Positions 1-12,300 of a DNA stretch of 64,000 nucleotides are shown piece by piece; position 1 is the first letter of the stretch, and every line of letters starts with the position of its first letter. A program made the translations under genes and the position numbers. The stretch covers positions 16,308,001 to 16,372,000 of the forward strand of contig OZ249436.1 of the NCBI GenBank assembly GCA_965235115.1. The letters run 5' to 3'. A model generated the notes under the pieces. The model made no database searches. It had not been told where the DNA came from and was given only the letters and a program-made list of their open reading frames with translations. The stretch is from Laetmonice hystrix (lineage: Eukaryota).

Positions 1-310
1 CCGAGATAGAGCCATTTCCTATGGTGGGGCGTGTCAGGGTCTCCACAGGCCTTCTGAGAGAGCCCCATTTTGTGCCGTTATCCATGAAAAATTTTGATTT
101 CCTTTGTTGTGAATCTATTTCCATGATAGGTGGGATCACATAAACGTCAACAAAATTAAAAATTAAAAAATTGAACTTTTTTCCACGAATAGCACCTTTA
201 AAATTAGATCTTGGTATTCCGCGTCTCTCTCGGCTGTTTCAGTGCTGCCGCGCTCCATACCTAGTATGGAGCGCATGCGAAATAACTAAGATCTAATTTT
301 AATTAGATTG

Positions 311-415
311 TTCATTCAGACAACGTATATAATTGTGTCATTTATTGCCCTGAGGTAAATGCTGGTGTTTCATTTGGTCTACGAAACCTATTTGCCGTGG
401 GTGTTTACCCTGCCT
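311..415. mobile_element. Right end of the same Kolobok-like MITE family as 61714-62154
   Basis: Near-identical to 62055-62154 and ends CCCTGCCT|TTAA. Confidence 0.7.
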
Positions 416-2464
416 TTAATAATGGTGCTGGAGACTTCATTTAAAATTTGTTGGCCTTAGAATGTTTTGTTCTATGCAGGAGTAAATTAAAAAAAAAGTA
501 TCTTTCATTTTTTTAAATGACCGAAACACCCTACCTACATTAATTAGGCCTAATGCAGGCTACATTTGGCCCTGCATTGTTTTGTATAGGCCTAGAGGTA
601 GCTAGGCCTCTATTTACAGGCCTTAGTGCTTAGATATCTGATATGAAAATATCTGTAAATTCTGAATCTGACTGAGTCATCCAACATTTCCGAAACCTCA
701 AGGGGAGTCCACACCCAGTCGGCCAGGTGGATGATCAAGATGGTCCGTCTGCACCCTGGAGTGCGTTTCAGCCTAAAGATAGGCCTATCTTTGACTTGGT
801 GCGAGGTTTTTATTGAAACACTCGCTCTCCCCCCATCCAGACTGCACTAGTCCAAAATCTATCTTTGCCAAAGATATCTTTGTCAAAGATATCTTTGGCA
901 GATATCTTTTGATCAATATTGAAACGCACTCCTGAATGACGTAGGTAACAATTAACGCCGGATGGGCCTGTGGGCCTATGCGCTTTTCTGCCAAAGTTCA
1001 TTAGGCCTATATCATGAAGGGCCTAGATCTGCGGTTTCCCCATTCGGGACTCCCTCGGGCATATGACGTCACTTCCTGCTATTCGAATATACCCTCGGGT
1101 GGAATAGCGGCCATGTTTGGCAACCAGATACATACTCTGGGCGAGGTTCCATAGGACCCCCGAACGGCCGCCCAGGCTACCAGATACACGGCCAAATGGA
1201 GGTGTGTAGCGAGGCACTGAGTGAACCGTCATATGCCATCGAGCCAGGAAGTAGTGCATTATTGACACCTGCTCCTTCGGCGTTGTATGTGCAAATATAA
1301 CTTTCTGGTAAGGGGAACGTTTGAAGAAGAAAAATGAATCACCCAATTTACCTAAATGGGCGTCAATACGGTAATTTATCAAATTCTGGGAAGCAATATG
1401 GCCGCGCCCATGTACGACACTGGCCCGACACATGGTAGGACTACTTGTAATCATGTTGTAGCCTAATTTAAGTTGTATCATGACATGATACTATTGTAAT
1501 ATGAAATGTCGGGGACATAGGGAGCGCGCAGCGTGTGGTAGGCCTACCACTAGTGCTGTGGAGTGTGGTTCGTAGGTGGACCGTGGATGTTAAACTCTAA
1601 CGACTACGTCTACGGCGAGATACTGCGGCCTAACGATCACAGGCAGACTAGTACATCTATGAATATCTATTCATCAGACAGAAATGATTGAGAGCTCTAT
1701 CTATACTATAGCCCAATCGAGCCCGACGATCATACTCGGAAACAAAGCGGCGGTGTGTCGTACTGGATGTTAACACCGGAAGTCCCAGTCGGCGGAAGTG
1801 GGCTTTCAGCGCTGGCGGCGCATAGCGGGATTTGAGGGAACTAGTTTTGAGAATCGCACAAGCCAAAGTAGTTTACAGACAGCGATCGGCTGGTGAAAGT
1901 ATAGATCCATATTTCTCCTTCAGTCATTGGAGTCATAATTTAATTAGGCTATAGCTGGAATATTTTTGCATTCTTTACGAGTTTCTCATTAATTGACATT
2001 TTTTCGACCAATCACAATCGAGAAAATCCCGCAACTCGGACATTCAAGATGGCGCCGTGCATGCACTGCGGTCCGGTTACCATCCGGTTTAAGTTGTTGG
2101 CTTGGTGGAGGGGGCAGAGGTTGAGAAGATCTACGTACGTTGCCATAACAGCGCTTCGCGGCGGCGCGCGCTGCGCGCTAATATTGCCCACTGACTTCGG
2201 GGAAAGCATTGTAGGCCTATTTTAGTTGCTTCCATGCCTGATGCAGACAAAATACTGCAAGCACTGCCATGCTGTCGAGAGTCCCGGCTAAATGTAGGCC
2301 TACCCGCGATGCAATGCTCAAAATGGCACCTATTTCACCCGAGGCTACTTTCGAAGATATTATGGCCGAGGATTCCCGAATGCGGTTTCCCGTCCCGGAA
2401 ATTCGCAGCTTTTCTGGCAGAGCGAAAAAAAAACGCGATAGTTAGGCCTTCACAATATAAATAA

Positions 2465-2705
2465 TGGTTCAGGGTTATAAATAGGGGCCTTGCCCATGGG
2501 TTCAGGGTTAGATCTATGGGCGTAGCCCATGGGTTCAGGGTTAGGGGTCTATCCCATGGCGGGTTCAGGGTTAGGCCCTATAGGGGCTTTGCCCATGGGT
2601 TCAGGGATAGAGAGCCTCGGGTCTAGCCCATGGGTTCAGGGTTATAGGGGCCTAGCCCATGGGTTCAGGGTTATAGACTCTATAGGGGCCTAGCCCATGG
2701 GTTCC
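2465..2705. repeat. Degenerate minisatellite (CCCATGGGTTCAGGGTTA core)
   Basis: About 7-8 imperfect copies. Confidence 0.8.
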
Positions 2706-3248
2706 AGCGCTTCTTTTGGCATTCAGATATAAGGCAGAGGCTATTTGACCAGCAGAAATTCGGTCATGTGACCAAGAATCATGAATTCTATTGGATGATA
2801 GCCTATCTGCTGTTCAAATAGGCCTACTAGTTAGTGAGGTTTTATAGGCCTAGGCCTAACATCTCTAATCCAAGAATAGATCTAGGCTAAGTACACAAGT
2901 AGAACCTTCAAGTTGTAATAGGTCACCTTGACAACTATTCATTGTTACTGAATAAATCGTGATTTGTAAATTATACAGGCTTAGTTAGAAAATGTGCCAA
3001 GTTGTGCAAAAACCGCGAAAATGGTGACCTGCTGCGAATGACGGGCGTTGCGTCATCAGCCATTCCCTGGTGCCTCCTAGCGATAGTCACGAGAATCATT
3101 AATTAATTGTTGGTAGTTTCCCTTCCCACCAGAAGAGCGCGCAGCGGTGCTGGTGCTCAACAAGTTGTGCAGGGGCGGGAACAGTTTCACTATATGGTTC
3201 GCTTTTTCTGGTGGTTCGGTTTACCTCAACGACACTGCGACGCGGCGT

Positions 3249-6161
3249 TCACAGTTTGGGCTTTAGGCCTAGGCCTATTTCGCGCAGCTCAAGACCGACT
3301 CTTGTTACTGGGTGCGTCACATGATACTCCACACCATCCATGACGACGGTTTCCTTGTCTCGAATCCACCACGTGGGGGCTCTATCGGATCCTGCATGAC
3401 CAACCCTGGACGGCAAAACACTAAAGTTTGCTTCTACCAACGAACGGACGTATTTGGCAATGGCAAGACAGGCCGAAAGACCTGTTGAACGAATTCCACC
3501 AACAGTTACCCAGTTCCTGAAGAAAAACAGAAAGTAGCTATAAAAATATTAAGCCTAACGCCCCCTGTCTATGCTCATAGATCTACGGTATATCCTCCGA
3601 TGCGGCCGGATGGTCACCCGGCCTGGCAAGCTCTGGCAGTTGGAACACTTCGCAGGGTTCTGACAGGTGGCGTTGTTGCCGAAACAAGCCTAGAAGATCT
3701 AGGCCTATGCCATGGCAGCATCGGAGGATATGCTGAAGAGGGTGCAAGTTAATTTTAACCAGATTTACGAAACTGGCCCCGGGTCACACAGGCCTGACAT
3801 CATGAAGCGTGAAACCTTCACCTACCAATATGTCTGGACGGATTTACTGAAAATAATGAAAGGTTCGTTTCTGGTTCATTTTCTGAGTATAGGGCCTATA
3901 GGTACATTTTTTGGGATATAAATCTACCCTGTATAATGATAACATATTAATATATAGGGGGCCTATCGCAGCATCATACGTAGGCCTAATAATTCCTACC
4001 GATTTGGCTGTGGGTAAATATGGTAATCTTTACTCTCTGTGGCTGGCCGTAACCCTGCATATGTTCCGATGATTCTCTCCTGTTTTAGTGCTGGCACTAC
4101 TTTCTCCGCATATGAGGTAAGTGATGATACCGTGGCTCTGTCCACCTCTGGCATACTTCGCTCATCGCAGTCTTTTGCGGTTGGGCCTATGACAACATTC
4201 TTGTAGACTGTGGTAAAATGAGAATGTCCCTTGAAACGTTTTTCCATTAACAACCCTCTTAATAAACTAGATACCCTATAATATTACATTTATTTCAGGT
4301 TATTGTTTTCCGAAAGAGGAAATTTCAACTTATTAGGCCTATAGGTCCCTATGTATAGGCCGACTAAATACCTCACTATAACTAGCCATTCAGTTACCTG
4401 TTGGAAAAATTAGTATTCCTCTCGACGTTTCTGTTGGTACTGGCATGATGATATGCTTGACATACCGACTTGCATCCTTGCCGTAGATAGCAAACTCTCC
4501 CTTTCGTGGACGGATCCTGTTTTAAATACAATTGGAGAGATTTTTATCAAGTGCTTTGGTGTCAATTTTGGTTCCTGGGTTTCCTTTTTTCATGAACTTC
4601 TTTTCACTAAAAGTAGAAATTCAATTTACTTAGACACTAATGTAAAGACATCAAAAATGCTTTGATTCAATGGGGGAGGGGAAAAGAAACATGTTATGAA
4701 TTAGTCAGGTATATTAACTCACTTAAAATTACTTTTCTGGTTAATTTTCTCAACCATGTCCCCGTAGAGACCCCCAGCATTTACAACAAGTCTAGCAGTC
4801 ACTGGTCCACGTGTAGTCGCCAGCTCCCAGGTGGAATCCGCAAATAATTTTCCTGATATGACTTCACAATCGGTGAAGACCTGTGGATTTATTGACAACA
4901 TTTGATCATGTAAAATACATGTGGAGATGCATGCCTTTGGAAGGAGGTAATGGTTGTATATATGGAGGTGTATATATGGAGCATATATTATATTCATTCT
5001 GGCTGACAGGAAACAAACTGACCTGCGCGCCGACTCGACAAGCTGCATGTACTAGGGTCGTCGGTAGGAACCACGGTTCAATAGCGACCTCTCCTGGCAC
5101 CCACACCCCTCCAAGAATATCCCCGGTCAGATGTGGCTCCATCTTGTGGATTTCAGAGGTAGTAAGCAGTCTACATCCTCTAACACTTTCTTCTGACTCT
5201 TTCACAATTCCAGGAAGTTTCTGCAGCTAGAAAATCAAATGTCACAATCTTGAACCAAGTGGGTGGGAGGTGGGGGATAGCCGAGTCCCGTATACGTTCA
5301 CACAAACATAAATAATGGGTATTCCTATATAAGTTGGAAAGTCTGCCCTAGTGATCGTTCTTTTAGCCAATATCTTGCAACCTCTCCACTGTTACTGCTG
5401 AATTAGGCCTACCTCTTGAGTCGTTAGGGCAATCATAATTGCTCCAGGCGTTCCACTTGGTATTCCATATTTGGTGCTGACTTGGCGGGTTAACCCTGCT
5501 GCTTGTGCTAGACACTGGCCTTCCAGGCTCTGACGATCAGTGTCAAACCCCGAGGCCAACAAGCCGCTGGAATAGGATCAGGCCGGCCTACATATCTCCG
5601 GGCCTTGTAAAACATAACATATAGCCTAACCTCACTAAAAGCTTATACCGGGTTAGGCCTACTTGTGTAGACATATTTTTTGTAACTGCTATAGAGTTGG
5701 AAATATAGGCCCCTATATATATAGCCTAATATTATAACCTTATCGAACGATAAAGTAGTCGTTTTTTATCAGCACGGTTGCAAAGCCGCGCACGTCAACG
5801 AATATCACCATAAACGGTGCATTATCACAACCACTTAATTGCCCATATATAATAAAGCGTTACCCTATATAGCGGGGCCTCATCAGTCAGGGCGAGATTC
5901 AGTTGCATATTAATTTAGGCCTAATGCACAACACTTGACGCATACTGCCCCGACTTGTTCGTATTAATATCACGTACCATCATACCCAGATTGACGGCAT
6001 GGAGCATATCATGCTCACCTGTTGCCTGAACTTGAACCCATCAGCAGGTGCGGATTCTTTTCCAGGAGGACAGAGCTGTAGCCTTGAAGAGTTAAGTCAT
6101 GAAGAATACCACATCCTACCACGCCTCCTCCGATCACTGCCACGTCATATTGAGGTGCCAT
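3249..6161 (-). CDS. FAD-dependent oxidoreductase, glycerol-3-phosphate dehydrogenase (GlpA)/L-2-hydroxyglutarate dehydrogenase-like, DAO family; 7 coding exons, 417 aa
   Basis: Exons (minus): 6161-6019, 5566-5413, 5226-5023, 4880-4723, 4516-4398, 4207-4000, 3516-3249. All introns are GT-AG, phases are consistent and the total is 1254 nt. Motifs: YDVAVIGGGVVG (Rossmann GxGxxG), SSGNSGLLASGFD, VVNAGGLYGD, IRPRKGEF, VIGPTA, YAGLRPA, GGIRSTGLSACLAIA. C-terminus KPKL. Confidence 0.9.
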
Positions 6162-6664
6162 ATTACAGACCTGCTGTTTGCATAGATCTGTTTCTAAAAG
6201 TGAAGGCATGCCCTACTTACCGGTAGGCCTACTTGTAATTCCACATTCACTGGCTACACACTGATATATATATGATCACCGTAACGCGCGTTAGATCTAC
6301 GCTGATCCAAGATGGAGGATCCCGATGCTCGCGCGCGTCACCTCAAAACCCACGCATCAAGTCTTTTTTTTCAAATCCGACTGCTTTATGGTGGGCAGTG
6401 TAGCGTAATTGTGACAGAACGTTGCAACGGTTCTTTGGCGTTGGCGTCTTATTGCTTTTTATGTGAGTTTTACACATTCTTTAATGAAAACATTGAACAT
6501 CACGCTCTAAAAACAGATTTTGGTTAATACCCAGCAGGCAAAATTCATGGATTCCCCGTGGAATACACGTGGATATAACCCGTGGAATACGCCTGTATGT
6601 GATTTAAAATAGTAATCCACGTGGATATGTCCATTTTATTTTAGCCATGATTTCGCCGCGAGGG

Positions 6665-6785
6665 TTAGGCTAAGTGGTTACTGACTCCGAGACCCGTATG
6701 CCTTCTTGGTGCTGCTGTTGGGATTCGAACCGTGCATGGATCTCCTGATCATAGGTCTGCGTCTCTGCCCATTCGGCCACGCTTG
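6665..6785 (-). mobile_element. tRNA-derived SINE head (or decayed tRNA)
   Basis: Minus strand GCGTGGCCGAATGG (A box)...GGTTCGAATCCC (B box)...CACCA. The acceptor and T stems do not pair properly, so this is not called a functional tRNA. Confidence 0.55.
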
Positions 6786-6792
6786 TAACTTG

Positions 6793-7087
6793 CAGGGCCG
6801 GATCCAGGATTCTGAGAAAGGGGGGGCGTAGCCCCTGGAGAAGATTGCGAGCGCCGAAGGCGCAAAGCCCCAGGGAGGGGGGAGGGGGGGGTCTGGTGGA
6901 TCTCCCCAAGAAAAAATAGAAAATTCTTGTTTGTCAGATGCATTTTCCCGGCATCTGAGAGGGACTTTCTTCCTATCTCTCTTCTTTCCCGGCAAGTGTA
7001 AAATTCCAGTCTCAAAAAATCATTACTCTGCCAAAAATAGGGGGGGCGTACGCCCCCCACGCCCCCCCCCCCCTGGATCCGGCCCTG
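6793..7087. mobile_element. GC-rich MITE (CAGGGCCGGATCCAGG TIR, hAT-like)
   Basis: 16-bp TIRs CAGGGCCGGATCCAGG / CCTGGATCCGGCCCTG. Related fragments occur at ~36027-37150 and ~56130-56237. Confidence 0.6.
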
Positions 7088-9316
7088 ACTTGTATCTTGT
7101 ACGGTTGAAATCCTGTGTCTCCTCGTGTTCCAAGGAGTTCTAGACACAAAATTAACTTCTTATGTAAATAAATTGTTGAAAGTAAACAAAGAATCTAGAG
7201 GGGTGTTCATAGCCTGGTCTCCTGCCTACCAGATATAGTACGTATAGCAGTCAATATAGACCTGGGGACTAGGCTAGGGTGTTCAGGAAACACGAGGCCC
7301 GTCGACTGGGTGTGCGAGATTGATCAGTGACCAAGTTTTATTGGTTGAAACTGAAACCAAACATATTGGTTAGCTGCCAATGCACTGTATTGGTCAGAAA
7401 GTATCAAGGTGTTTGGTTCAAACAACCAATATACGGCTAATCAACCATGTTGGTTATTTTGTTGACCAATCTGTTTTTAGAGTGCAGTGCATTTAGTCTT
7501 TTCTTCAAGATTTCTTCATGTACCCAACAGCAATTGCATTCGAAGAATCGGCCGTTGTCTATAGTTGCATCCAAAAAAAAATTAAGATGAAAAAAACCCG
7601 CATCACCGCACCAATTTTTTTATATGAAAGGACAAGAAACGAAACTATTTTTTTTGGCCTTAGGCCTACTCTAGAAGAAGTCATGAAGTTAATCGGGATA
7701 TTCAAAAAAAAGACCAAGGGCTGTGTGTGAACGGTGAACAGGATGGGGGTCACATCAATCACCTTTTCAACCGCAGATAGGTGGCACTACATGGCTCGCA
7801 TGCGACACTGTCGCATGCGACGAATCATATCATGTAGACACCATTGCGACATGACGCATGCGATTTTTTTTCTGTCGCATGGGATTGTTGCGTGCAGCAA
7901 TCCTTGCGACAATTCGCATGCGTCAGAATCGCATGCACCTGGAATCGTACCGTCTAGTAAACCGGAAATGGCTTGGTCGTTCCGATTGTGACAAACTATG
8001 CGAATTGTAGAAGCTATAGGCCTACTCAAGTAAAGAGTGTTTCAGACACAGCGGGAGCAACTCTGTCGAGGACGCCTGGTCCGGCATTGCAATTTTTGAC
8101 ATGCTGTTTTTAAAATGGCCCTAATTTTAGACGTTTTGACCTATTTATCTGATATTTGTACCACACGCCCCAATTAACCAGATGATATCATGTTCCAAAT
8201 ATTAAATCAGCTAGTGTTAGAGATGTTTTATGAAGTCAGCTAGGATCAGCTCTGCCTGGGAAAGTTAGCTATACTCTGCCCTCCAAAGGAAAACCGCAGT
8301 AACTTATGTAAGACCCAATTAAGCCAAGAAAAAAGCCATTTAAAGTTATAGTTAGTGCATTCCTCTGGGTTTTGGTGGGGCAACAGTTGGTATGTTTTAG
8401 TTTGTTTGCGTAGGCCCCTATAGATCTACCCTATTATCCCTTTTTGCAATGTAGATTCTAGGCCTAGACCTGAACATTGAAGTTATCCAGATGCAGAAGG
8501 TAGCAGACAATGTGTAGATACTGTGCCTTGTCTTTGTACCCATACTCATACAGTCGATATATACAAGTTGTCAACTTGTATAGGGTTAGTATGTAAACTT
8601 AGGGAACGTCCTTTACCCCCCCCCCCCCCCAGGAACATGTAATGATGTATGACAAGCCGGCGTTCACACAGGAAATTACGATCTGTATTTGGGTCTGAAT
8701 CTGAAGTCGGCCTAAAATAGCCACATCGGCCTATATTGGGAGATATTAGGCAATAAAGTGAGATTGGGAATCTCCAGAGCAGACAGTTGTTGAACCTATA
8801 CACCCCCAACATAGCCCCTACAATTAGCTTCTTTTTTCATTTATCTCGCACCTATAGCACAATTCCTTCGCCGTCGGTTCGTAACCGAATCTTGGCAGGG
8901 AATTTTCCACCATGACCTGGGATCCGTCAGCGGCCATGTCAGCCACATCCACCAATTGGCATCAGTCATGTCCGAACCCTCCTAATAGATTAATTCTCTT
9001 GTCTTACTGTAATACCGTTTTCACAGTATACATGTAGTCCCATAAAGGCGCATTGATGTGCAGTTTAGAACTCGTACAAATCAAACTAGAGTTCCAATGC
9101 CCATTGGACGTGATTCAATGCTGCTTCACAACCGATTTGTAGAATTCGCATATGGAGATGGAAACCGCTTCACTTCAGTTCGCTATTTGACGCAAGTGTG
9201 AGTGGAATTGAGGCGAGTCGGGTGCATAATGACGGTGAAACAATTGCGACACTCATTGCAAAAATGTAGTCATGTGTATCGTTTCGCTTTTTGAGTGCAT
9301 AGAATGAAAACTTTCC

Positions 9317-12300
9317 CTACAGATGTGTTAGTTCCACAGGCTCCATCACCCTCGAGACATTCTTCTTCCTTTGGATGCGATGGTAAACGACGATTGTGAT
9401 TGGGTGCACACATGTTAGTGCTACCAGGCACAACAGTAACAGGTTACTCTAAAGGAAGAGACACAACATCATTTTAGAGTGAAATACCTGGACTCAAAGC
9501 GGTAGTGACTCAAAACCTTCACCATTTCATATTCATATGTTCGAATTTATGACATATAACCTAATGAACTTGTCAGTAATATAAATGATTGTTTTTGTCC
9601 GGAATTATATTCTTTTCCCCCTTAATTCAGATTTTTGTAAAAGAAAGTAGTTCTCTTCAGGTGTATGTCCACACCATGCATGTTTATAAGTACTCAGGTG
9701 TGTAATGAGATGGTATGACCGACTAACCGGTCCCACATATAGGCAGGGCCTACTTACTGGGAAGAAGTCATCCACTGCTGCTGCCCATGAGAAGTATCCG
9801 TATTGCGTCAGGTTCAATAACCCTCCTGTTGCGTGACTCAAACCAAATAGTTTACCGAAGTGTGAAGCCGGAAATCTGCCATAAAGAGCCCTTTGTTACC
9901 AGAAGCACTGTTTTTCCCCTCTGACTTTTTTTTGGGTATAAAACCAAAGAAACATATATCGTGGTGTAAGATTTTGTAAAGGGGTGCATGGGGGCAATCT
10001 GGCAAGGGGAGACCAAACATGTTCGATCATGGTAACGCCATAAAAGTTACATAATTCCCTGATAAAAGTTGATTATAACAGGATAAATCACAGATAAAGC
10101 AAGGATGACCGGTTCAAAATTTTGCGTCATTCTTTTGAGTTACAGCAGTGCGCTAAGTGCGCACCCCTATAACTATTAGCCTACATAAGGGCATCCTGAG
10201 GTCAAATGACTCCTTACGCTATCTGAATATATGCCGCACAGGTGGCGTAGATGAAGCCCCTTCCTGATTGCACACAGGCGATGGACACGTACACAGCCCA
10301 CTCCTCCGGTACAAGGGCAAACGACGACAGCCCCAGTACGAGGCACACTCCCAAAGTAATGGGAATTATGGCTGCGATGGAGCGCTGCCGTCCAAAAACA
10401 GCTGCTTCTGTAGAGATGAGAAAGGCAGATAGGGCGAGAAACCCAGATAGGAGAGAAAGGCAGTCAGGGGAAAGACATGGACAGGGGGATTAACACGGAT
10501 AGGATGAAAAACACGGATATAGGGTGAAAAACAAGGAATTATATTCTACAACCTCACAGAATGCTTAGACTCCGAGACAATGGGTGGTGTGATACACTAT
10601 CTTGCAGTTTGATTGGTTACTTTTAAAGTAGAGTCTAACGAGCGCGTTCGATTACTTCCCCCGGGCTTACTCGCGCGACAGCGTTCTGTTTGTCAGTCAC
10701 GTGACTTTTTTCTGCTTACCCGCGCCTGGCCCAAGTGATCGCCCCCCCCCCTACGGGCCAGTTACTTGGGGAGGTATCTCAGAATGCAATGCGTACTGTT
10801 TGTACTGTTGGAGATCAGTGGTTTTAACCAGAGACATCGATGTCTATGGTTTTGATGTCTCTGGTTTCTTCTTTCGATGTCTATGGTTTTGATGCTCTCT
10901 AAGGATACCAGCAACATGTCTGAGCTTGTTGTAAGAGAAGTGGACGTCAGAAAGGGGTCCATGGAGGCGTGTTACCTGGCTGCAGCAGTAGACTGGGTCG
11001 AATCGAGTAAGTCCATGGTGGAGATGGTGTATAGGTCACACTTCCCCCAATGACCATCGATGACTGCCGATAATCCTACTCAATTATGCAATTGTGATCG
11101 GATGTAAACAAATGACACGTGCTTTCAGCGCCTTGGCACTTCCCCGAGCTGGCGTCAAGTCGTTCGTTTATTCTAATGCAGTGCGCATGTCTGGCTTGCG
11201 CGAGTAAGCCCGGGGGAAATAATCGAACGCCCTGAGTGTCACATACCTGTGAGATAGCGTCGGCGACTGTCCATAAAGATACCTACCAATGGCGCCACCA
11301 CAAGCGGCAACATGATTGAAAACCCATAAACATCGCTGAGGAAGCTTACTGTAATATCAGAAGTAATCCACCGAGGGGTAGTTTTTTTGGGTATGATTAG
11401 GACCATGTACAGATGTCGAGGCATCACATCGTTTACTGTACGATCAAGAGTAGATTTCTAATCCTCATAGGGAATCTTTCTGCACAAATTACGAGCAATC
11501 AACCGAGGAAGAGCGACCTTTTTCCTGAAAAGGGCTGTAATTAGTTAAGCAATATATGACTCGGGAACATTATGATCCAAAGTGGAACCTGCTCATGTTG
11601 TTACATTCGTACTTCAGGGATTTCGCACAACAAGCTTTGTAATCCTACCTTTATCAACGTCACCCCCAGTAATAGACGTCACCACGGCGTTAAAACTTCC
11701 AACGAAGTAATGGACACGGAGGTGACTCATCCCGAACCAATACAGATGAGTCAGGTACAACACTGACGTTAGCGATGACCAGAAGGACACTTCCTCAAAC
11801 CCATTACATTTGACTGAGGAGGTGCCCTCTGTTGTAGATCCAGCCACGACTACCTTTTCTACTTCTGCCGCCGACTTCGCCTTCAGGAAGTCGGCACGTG
11901 TGATGGGCAGTCCTGTTACAGCCGACACCTTGTAAGCCGGTAGAAGGACGAACGTGGACACAAGTGCCGCCCCCGACAACCCCATCATTATGAACATGAA
12001 GTAGGCTCGGGGAAAGCCCTTCTCGGCCGCAACCTGAAAGAAGACTTCGTTCTAACATTAGGCTTATTAAGGTGGGGGATATGGTTTCCACTGAAAGGTT
12101 GAAACTAAAAAATCTGGCAATGTCTAAAGACAAAATTAAGATATTTCTAATGCTGTCATTGGCTGGTCAGGCATCACACAGGATCTCAGAGAAGACTCTG
12201 GTAAAGAATCATTAAAAACAACTAGGCCTATATAGTTTTTTTGTCTTTCATGTGGCTTTCTCCATGTTGGCTGGCAGGTGTACTGTTATGGCAGAAACTA

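Noticed and set aside
1023..1481. 152-aa ORF (also 48562-49065 and 54968-55507)
   Set aside because: No recognisable domain or splice context; the latter two overlap a MITE or are antisense to Amt-B exon 1.
1770..2230. Promoter or first exon (CCGGAAGT and CAAGATGGCG motifs, CpG-rich)
   Set aside because: No downstream exons could be linked, and these motifs are also common in repeats.
6705..6785. Functional tRNA gene
   Set aside because: A and B boxes are present but the cloverleaf stems do not pair; better explained as a SINE head.
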